64,000 nucleotides of DNA from Gemmatimonadota bacterium (GTDB taxonomy: Bacteria; Gemmatimonadota; Gemmatimonadetes; Palauibacterales; Palauibacteraceae), in contig JBDGXI010000011.1 in assembly GCA_039584685.1 (NCBI GenBank), positions 1,950-65,949 on the forward strand, given 5' to 3'. The translations under genes were made by a program, and so were the position numbers. Below the pieces are notes generated by a model. That model had not been told where the DNA came from. It searched no databases and saw nothing but the letters and a program-made list of their open reading frames with translations. Numbering within the stretch: the first letter of the stretch is position 1; each line of letters opens with the position of its first letter. Shown in pieces: positions 58,102-64,000 of this stretch.

Positions 58102-59387
58102 CGCGAATCTTCTCCAGTCGTCACCTGTTTCAGAGCTTCCCAGTAGCCCGGAAATGATACATCCGCGCATTGGGGATCGTCCACGGTGACTTGACACCCG
58201 GGGGCCGCCCCCAGTGCCCCGAACGCCATGGCGATACGGTGGTCGCCCCCGGTGCGAACGACACCTGTGACCGGCGCATGGGCGCCGTGCACCCTCAATC
58301 CGTCAGTCAATTCCTCGCAGCGAACGCCCAGCGTCCTCAGATTGGACGCCAGGAAAGCCAGCCGGTCGCTCTCTTTCATGCGCAGATCTCCCGCCCCGCG
58401 GACCACAGATACCCCCGGAATTCGACTCGCCAGGACCGCCAGAGCCGGTATCTCATCGACGAGCCGAGGTACGAGCGCTTCTTCGATCGAGAACGGGTGC
58501 ATCGTGGATGCGATCACCGAGATGTCCCCTACAGGTTCACCTGCCTGGACCCCCGTTAGCACCGTCCGCACCTCCACGCCCATTTCCGACAACACATGCA
58601 GAAACCCGACTCGCGTCGGGTTCAGTCCTACTCCCCGGAGCGTCAGATCCGTGCCCGACAGCAAGGCTGCCACGATCAGGAAGGCTGCCGAAGAAACATC
58701 GCCCGGCACGGCGGCCGCGAGCGGTTTCAACCCGCCGCTCCAGCTCGACGCAGGGAATCGGATGCGCTCGCCCGCGCCCTCCGGCTCTGAAATGATGGGG
58801 GCGCCCTGCGATCGGAGGATTCTCTCCGTGTGATCCCGGGGCCGGAAGCGGTCCAGGATTTCGACGTCCGTTCGAGATGTGAGCCCTGCGAGCAGGAGTG
58901 CCGCGCGAACCTGGGCAGACGAGATGCGGGGCCGATAGCGCAGGGCACGCAATCCTCCGCTTGCCCGGCCCTCGATTCGGAGGGGCAGGTGATCGCGGCG
59001 ATCCGTGTATCGGATCTGCGCGCCCATGGCCTGCAGGGGATACACCACCCGATCCATCGGTCGGCGACTCAACGACTCGTCGCCGCGCAACTCCGCGTCC
59101 ACGCCGAGGCCCGCCACCAGGCCGGTCAGAAGCCGTGCGGTCGTACCGCTGTTGCCGCAGTCGAGGCCCGAGGTCGGGGACCGCCATCCAGTCGATCCCT
59201 TGATCGCCATGCGACCCGCGCCCCCGTCCTCCACGGCGCCCCCCAGCGCTCGGAGGCACGCGGTGGTGCTCCTTACATCGAGGGATGCGGGCATTCCGGT
59301 CAGGACGGAGTCGCCTTCAGCAAGAGCCGCGAGAATCAGGAACCGGTGCGCGATCGACTTGTCCCCGGGGACGCATATCTCGATCAA
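58098..59387 (-). CDS. aroA: 3-phosphoshikimate 1-carboxyvinyltransferase (EPSP synthase)
   Basis: VPGDKSIAHRFLILAALAEG ... the EPSP synthase fold over 429 aa. Confidence 0.9.
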   Translation of the reverse strand: MIEICVPGDKSIAHRFLILAALAEGDSVLTGMPASLDVRSTTACLRALGGAVEDGGAGRMAIKGSTGWRSPTSGLDCGNSGTTARLLTGLVAGLGVDAELRGDESLSRRPMDRVVYPLQAMGAQIRYTDRRDHLPLRIEGRASGGLRALRYRPRISSAQVRAALLLAGLTSRTDVEILDRFRPRDHTERILRSQGAPIISEPEGAGERIRFPASSWSGGLKPLAAAVPGDVSSAAFLIVAALLSGTDLTLRGVGLNPTRVGFLHVLSEMGVEVRTVLTGVQAGEPVGDISVIASTMHPFSIEEALVPRLVDEIPALAVLASRIPGVSVVRGAGDLRMKESDRLAFLASNLRTLGVRCEELTDGLRVHGAHAPVTGVVRTGGDHRIAMAFGALGAAPGCQVTVDDPQCADVSFPGYWEALKQVTTGEDSR

Positions 59388-60319
59388 TCCGAGCTACCCC
59401 CCACCATCTCCTCACTCAAGGGCACCTCCAGGCTCAGTCCGTCCTCGGCCGCCACGGCCCGGTGGACATCCTCCGCTTCCCGAACGAGCCTGTGGGCCTG
59501 CTCCGAGTGCCGGGCGCTGAAGTGAGTGAGGACCAGGCTCCTCACCCCCGACCGCTCCGCCACGGTCGCCGCCTCTCGCGCGGTCGAGTGCCGGGTGTCT
59601 CTGGCTCTCTCCGCCTCCTCCTCCGAGAAGGTGGCCTCGTGAATCAGCAAATCCGCCCCGCGGGCAGTCCTCACTGTGGCTTCACATGGCCTTGTGTCTC
59701 CGGAATACACCACGGTACGCCCCGGCCGCGTCGGCCCCACTACCTGTGAGGCCCTCACCACGCCGCCGTCATCCAGCCGCACATCCTCTCCCCGGTGAAG
59801 CCTGCCGAAAGCGGGTCCTTCAGGCACTCCGAGTTTGCGGGCCAGGTCCACATCGAAACGCCCGAGTCGATCGTGTTCCACGAGAGCAAATCCAATGGAC
59901 GCGGGGGTGTGCTCGACCGGAAAAGCCCGAATCTCGAAGCCTTCGTACCGCACCGCTTCCCGCGCCGGAAGTTCTCGAACCGAAACGGAGAACTGCAGCC
60001 GATCTCCCCCCAGCTCGACCGTGTCCCGCAGACGGCCCTCGCTGCCAACTCCTCCCCACACGACCAGGTCCGCCTCCCGGCCTTGAAGGCTCATGGTCCT
60101 CAGGAGACCGGGCAGGCCCAAGTAGTGATCGGCGTGCAGATGACTGATGAAGATCTCTCGCACACCGAAACCGACGCCGAAACGCATCATCTGGCGCTGC
60201 GTGCCCTCACCGCAATCGAAGAGAAACAGCTCCCCTTCCCTCTGGACGGCGATGGCTGACACGTTGCGCCGCACCGTGGGACGCGAGGAGGAAGTTCCGA
60301 GAAAGGTGATTCGAAGCAA
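59384..60319 (-). CDS. rnz: Ribonuclease Z (tRNA 3' endonuclease, metallo-beta-lactamase fold)
   Basis: MLRITFLGTSSSRPT ... ISHLHADHYLGLPGLL (HxHxDH). 311 aa. The ATGA overlaps aroA. Confidence 0.85.
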   Translation of the reverse strand: MLRITFLGTSSSRPTVRRNVSAIAVQREGELFLFDCGEGTQRQMMRFGVGFGVREIFISHLHADHYLGLPGLLRTMSLQGREADLVVWGGVGSEGRLRDTVELGGDRLQFSVSVRELPAREAVRYEGFEIRAFPVEHTPASIGFALVEHDRLGRFDVDLARKLGVPEGPAFGRLHRGEDVRLDDGGVVRASQVVGPTRPGRTVVYSGDTRPCEATVRTARGADLLIHEATFSEEEAERARDTRHSTAREAATVAERSGVRSLVLTHFSARHSEQAHRLVREAEDVHRAVAAEDGLSLEVPLSEEMVGGSSD

Positions 60320-60531
60320 AGTCGGAGTCCGATGCCGTTGGAGCCGCCGCGTGAGTCGAGCAAGCTACATGGAACCCGTGCAACGTCAACTGGCAGTGAT
60401 CGCCGTTGGCCACCAAGGCACGGAGAATGCACTGCGAGTCCCGGGTCCGCTGCGTACGTCCAGTCTGGGCGTGCGTCCGGTCCATTATGCGCCGTTCAGT
60501 TGCACTGCGCTTTACCGGGAAGCCCCGCAAG

Positions 60532-61659
60532 ATGAACGAAGCCACGGACGGATTCAGGCTGCTGGCCCGGCTGCGAAGCCTCGAGCTGCAGCTTCGCCAC
60601 CTGCGAGAGGACTGGCGATCCTTCCGAGATCAGCCCTCTCCGGAGACGTTCTCCGATGTCCGCCGGCGCTCCCGGCAGTTCTCGGAAGCGCTCGAACAGT
60701 GGGGCACCAGCCTGGAGCGGCTTGACGCGTCGGCCGGAGTTGAACTCGCGCATCCCGGTCCGGCGGAGGTGCCACGGGATCGCCCTGCGCCGAGAGAGGT
60801 CGTGGCTGCCAGCCGGGATCTCGATGCCAAGGTCTGGGAGGCCGCCCGCCGGTGGAAGGAAGTCCTGGACGCCGAGGAAGCAGAGGATTTGGGAAGCCTG
60901 GTCTCGGTGCTCGAGAGCCTGGCCGACCGATCGGCGACGTTGATCATCGCCCTCGGTGGATCCGTCACCGCCAGCCAGTCTGGCGAGACTCCGTCGAACA
61001 TCGAACGTGGAGACCCCGAAGTCGCTATTGAAGGGGTCGCAGCCGAGCTGGAAGGAATGCTGTGGCGCTTACAGGCAGATTGGAATCAGGTGCGCCGAGC
61101 GCCCAGCGCCGACCGCGTGCGCCTCCTGCACGAGAGCTTCCGGGTGGCAGCGGAGACGGCCGCCGAACTGCGCGAACTCCGCAAGCGTGTCGGAAACTCC
61201 AGATTCCGCCGGTCGCTTCGGGTGGGGCGGCAGCTCACGGACGGAGTCCATTTCCTGCCCTACCGGGACCCGTTCACCGGCGTTTACAACCGGGAGGGTT
61301 TCGACGAGCTCGCCGAGGGGGAGCTCAAGCGCTGCCGGAGGTACGGGCGCCGCTTCGGACTTCTCATCCTCGAGATCTCGCCGCCAGACCTCGCCGGGCT
61401 ACAGCGTGCAGTGGCTACGGCGCGAGCGGAGCTGCGGGAGTACGACCTGATAGCCCGCTACGTAGACGACCTGATCCTGATCGGTATCCCGGAAGGGGGC
61501 CCGGGCGCCACACGAAGGGTGGCCAGCCGCGTGCTGAAAGCCCTGCGCGCCGAGAACATGGGTCGCTGGTTCCGTAGGCTTGCCTATGCGACGCTGCCGG
61601 AGGACGGCTCGACCCTCGGAGGCCTGATCGAAGAAGCCCGGACGCGTCTTCAGCCGTAG
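60532..61659 (+). CDS. GGDEF-domain protein with a degenerate active site (RRYGRRF in place of GG[D/E]EF) and an N-terminal coiled-coil region
   Basis: C-terminal DPFTGVYNREGFDEL...RRYGRRFGLLILEI aligns to the GGDEF core (DxLTGLxNR...RYGGEEF) but lacks the catalytic GG[D/E]E. ATG at 60532 (MNEATDGF). Confidence 0.65.
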   Translation: MNEATDGFRLLARLRSLELQLRHLREDWRSFRDQPSPETFSDVRRRSRQFSEALEQWGTSLERLDASAGVELAHPGPAEVPRDRPAPREVVAASRDLDAKVWEAARRWKEVLDAEEAEDLGSLVSVLESLADRSATLIIALGGSVTASQSGETPSNIERGDPEVAIEGVAAELEGMLWRLQADWNQVRRAPSADRVRLLHESFRVAAETAAELRELRKRVGNSRFRRSLRVGRQLTDGVHFLPYRDPFTGVYNREGFDELAEGELKRCRRYGRRFGLLILEISPPDLAGLQRAVATARAELREYDLIARYVDDLILIGIPEGGPGATRRVASRVLKALRAENMGRWFRRLAYATLPEDGSTLGGLIEEARTRLQP

Positions 61660-62972
61660 CAGTCGAGGCCCTCGTCCGGACCCGCCACCGGAATCGACGT
61701 CTCGAGGCTCTGGAGCGCCTCCTCCGCCGCCGTGTCCACCTGTCGCAGCGTCTCGGTCTCGATTCGAAGCAGGACAGCCTCGTTCCACTCTCGTGTATCT
61801 GCTCCTGGATCCGCCACCTGGCCTTCCGTCGGAACCAGGTGTCTGTCGAGCCCCACCAGGTACTCTTCGTACATGCCGATCGGGTCCCGCCGGCCCCAGG
61901 TCTCGAAGAGCTCCGGATCCAACATCCGCCTGGCCTCCCGCTCGTCGTGCGTGGCGTGTCCTCCCATCCGGAAGGTCTCGGCCAGGATCATGACGGGCCC
62001 CCTTCCCTCGCGGCACGCAGCGACCGCCCGACGCGCCGCGGCGTGCACGTCTAGAACGTTGTTCCCGTCCACTGCAAGGGCGGCCATCCCGTACGCGGCC
62101 CCCCAACCGTTGAAATCCGGCGCCCGGTGGTGCTGCCGAAGGCCGGTGCCCAGAGCGACCTGGTTGTTCTGAATCACGAACACCACGGGAAGATTCTGCA
62201 CCGCAGCGAAGTTCAGGGCTTCGTGGACTTCGCCTGTCTTGGTCGATCCGTCCCCTATCCAGGTCATGGCCACCCGGTCCTCGGACCGCCGTTTGAAGGC
62301 CAGTGCGTACCCGTTCACCACGGTGGATACCGACCCGACCATGCTGATCGGCGCCACGACTCCCCGGGTGAAGTCCCCGAGATGCAGGTCGCGGCCACGC
62401 GTGGGCCCGTCGGCCGTACCGAGATAGGACTTCAGCAGGTCGGCCATCGGAATGCCCATCTCGTGACACGCCCCGGCGTTTCGGATCATTGGCGCAACGA
62501 TATCCCCACCCGGGCGGCGTCTCAGCGCGTGTACCGCTCCGACCGTCACCGCTTCTTCTCCCGTCCCGAGCCACGCCTTCGAGATCACGCCGCGCTTGAC
62601 CCAGCGCTTGAGCGCGATGTCATGAAGACGGAAGCGCAGAAGTCCGAGATACAGACCAAGCAGTGTCGCATCGTCCAGGTCTCTCACGACCGAAGCTCGG
62701 TCCGGCTGATCCTCGAATCTCTTCCGGTACTCCACCATCACCTGGGGTGATGCGTCCCAGTCCACGTACTCCGGTGGATCATATGCTGAGTAGCGCCTCA
62801 ACCGACCTGCCCTCCTCTCCGCGAAAGCCTCGCCGCGCCCCTGGTCACCTGGAGCCGTGCGCTCCCCATCGGATAGCTCATGCCATATTATGCTATGTAA
62901 GCCGACGAACGCTTGCCAGCACTCACCCAGATCGCCCGGGCGGGATGTCTCCTCGGACCCGCCTGGCCACAA
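61650..62972 (-). CDS. Thiamine-diphosphate-dependent 2-oxoacid dehydrogenase E1 component alpha subunit; start uncertain
   Basis: TPP-binding GDGSTKTGEVHEALNFAAV...PVVFVIQNNQVA (GDG-N motif) and an E1-alpha fold. No E1-beta gene is adjacent. The 5' roughly 75 aa are atypical. Confidence 0.75.
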   Translation of the reverse strand: MWPGGSEETSRPGDLGECWQAFVGLHSIIWHELSDGERTAPGDQGRGEAFAERRAGRLRRYSAYDPPEYVDWDASPQVMVEYRKRFEDQPDRASVVRDLDDATLLGLYLGLLRFRLHDIALKRWVKRGVISKAWLGTGEEAVTVGAVHALRRRPGGDIVAPMIRNAGACHEMGIPMADLLKSYLGTADGPTRGRDLHLGDFTRGVVAPISMVGSVSTVVNGYALAFKRRSEDRVAMTWIGDGSTKTGEVHEALNFAAVQNLPVVFVIQNNQVALGTGLRQHHRAPDFNGWGAAYGMAALAVDGNNVLDVHAAARRAVAACREGRGPVMILAETFRMGGHATHDEREARRMLDPELFETWGRRDPIGMYEEYLVGLDRHLVPTEGQVADPGADTREWNEAVLLRIETETLRQVDTAAEEALQSLETSIPVAGPDEGLDCYG

Positions 62973-62993
62973 CGTCCCAGGATCCGAGCCTGC

Positions 62994-64000
62994 ATGCCCG
63001 AGCAGCCGCCAGCGCGTCCCGATTCAGGCTTCCGGCTTCCCCCTGGCGCCGTGAGGGCCGGGATCACCGTGTTCGTCATCGCGACCCTCATGGGTTTCGG
63101 GGCCCTGTTCCTGATCACGCACGATCTGCGCGGGAGCATCGAAGGCTTCCGCACCTTCGATCTACGGTGGGCCCTTCCGGCGCTGGCGCTCGCCTCGATG
63201 GACTGGTTCGGCAGCGGCCTCAGGATCTGGCTTCTCACTCGCCCCCTAGGCATTCGCCTCTCTTACTGGCGGTGCGCTCAAATCGGGGGTGTCTCCTCGG
63301 CACTGGCGTATCTCACACCCTCGGGCACGGGAGGCGGCGCGGCCCTCCTGTACGGCCTGGTCAGGAGCGGCGTGTCGCTCGGTCGAACGGTAGCAACCAA
63401 CTTCGCCAGCGTGATCGTCAATCTGACGTTCTTGTCACTGGCCGGGTTCGCGGCATGGTTCTTCGGAGCGGCTGGAGCGATCGAGGACATCCGCCTCCCG
63501 GTGGCGAACATCTCGGCTGCAACACTGTTCGAGTGGGCGGCCCTAGGCTTCGCGGGGGTTGGCGTGGTGGTCATACTTCTGGCTGCCGCTCCTCGCCTTC
63601 CGCGCTTGCTTCTCCTCCGGTTGTTCGGCCCTTCCGTCCGTGTGCGCCGGGTGCTCAAGGTGCTGCAGGAGCTGCACGGCAGCCTGATCATCTACGCCCG
63701 AAGGGGGAAGCTGGCGCTGTTCCTGGCGGTGCTGTCGAACGTGCTGCAATTTGGAGCGCGCTTCGTGCTCGGCTGGGTCGTGCTGCGGGGGTTCGGTGTA
63801 GACGCCGGTTTCTGGAACGTGGTCACCCTGCACATCCTCCTTCAGTTCCTCCTCTACTTCATGCCCACGCCAAGCGGAAGCGGCATCGGGGAGATGCTCG
63901 CTCCGGCGCTGATGAGTCCGTTCCTGGCCGACAGCTTGCTGGTGGCGTACACCGCTGTATGGCGTTTCTTCTTGAACTACGTGACGATCATAACGGGCGG
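62994..64000 (+). CDS. Flippase-like (UPF0104/TIGR00374, MprF-TM-like) integral membrane protein, 3'-truncated by the window end
   Basis: Open frame from ATG 62994 to the window end with no stop (hence absent from the ORF track). GC3 is high. Multiple TM helices. C-terminal FMPTPSGSGIGE matches the flippase-like PxPGGxGxxE motif. Confidence 0.55.
   Translation, partial: MPEQPPARPDSGFRLPPGAVRAGITVFVIATLMGFGALFLITHDLRGSIEGFRTFDLRWALPALALASMDWFGSGLRIWLLTRPLGIRLSYWRCAQIGGVSSALAYLTPSGTGGGAALLYGLVRSGVSLGRTVATNFASVIVNLTFLSLAGFAAWFFGAAGAIEDIRLPVANISAATLFEWAALGFAGVGVVVILLAAAPRLPRLLLLRLFGPSVRVRRVLKVLQELHGSLIIYARRGKLALFLAVLSNVLQFGARFVLGWVVLRGFGVDAGFWNVVTLHILLQFLLYFMPTPSGSGIGEMLAPALMSPFLADSLLVAYTAVWRFFLNYVTIITG

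Overview
This 64-kb window is high-GC (about 68-70%) chromosomal DNA from a diderm bacterium; MlaEFD, LptE-like and LolB-like lipoproteins, LpxH, split HldE, a SusC-like TonB-dependent receptor and a CPA2 antiporter all point that way. Gene density is high and almost entirely housekeeping. A roughly 40-kb run (19.8-60.3 kb) is encoded only on the minus strand, with pervasive 4-nt stop/start overlaps (ATGA, GTGA, TTGA) that imply long translationally coupled operons. Many ORF-track entries carry Arg/Pro/Gly-rich N-terminal extensions or run antisense to real genes; these are artefacts of the GC content. All coordinates are read from the printed sequence; one off-by-one disagreement with the ORF track was seen near 40129-40157, so treat hand-derived coordinates as accurate to about 1-2 nt. 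Four RNA elements are not in the ORF track: a selenocysteine tRNA (selC, anticodon UCA, 8/5 architecture, long extra arm) at 11646-11742; a one-piece tmRNA (ssrA, tag ANDNLALAA) at 18349-18708; a cobalamin riboswitch with an SD-sequestering hairpin ahead of a btuF/btuC/btuD-like transporter, TonB receptor and beta-propeller lipoprotein operon; and a candidate sigma-54 promoter ahead of hpf-hprK. Protein-coding content falls into these groups: an ECF sigma / zf-HC2 anti-sigma / unknown 95-aa protein / single-domain ArsA(Get3)-like ATPase / CstA cluster at the left edge; envelope and LPS genes (hldE kinase and adenylyltransferase domains 8 kb apart, lpxH, murI, mlaEFD); fhs and ridA; greA; ptsN; selB, translationally coupled to recO; a complete mannose-family PTS (IIA, IIB, IIC, IID, HPr, EI) with HprK and HPF; metK and ahcY; the riboflavin operon with nusB; purM and argS; a propionyl-CoA carboxylase plus methylmalonyl-CoA mutase cluster with rlmD embedded; rpsA with repetitive acidic termini; cmk, aroA and rnz; a degenerate GGDEF protein; an orphan E1-alpha; and a flippase-like membrane protein open at the window end. 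No CRISPR arrays, transposases, integrases or obvious defence islands were seen. The most system-like candidates are the ECF-ArsA-CstA cluster, the B12-riboswitch operon with a BtuG-like lipoprotein, the Sec machinery (selC, selB) with no selenoprotein gene in the window, and an mlaE whose only in-frame start is missing by one nucleotide.
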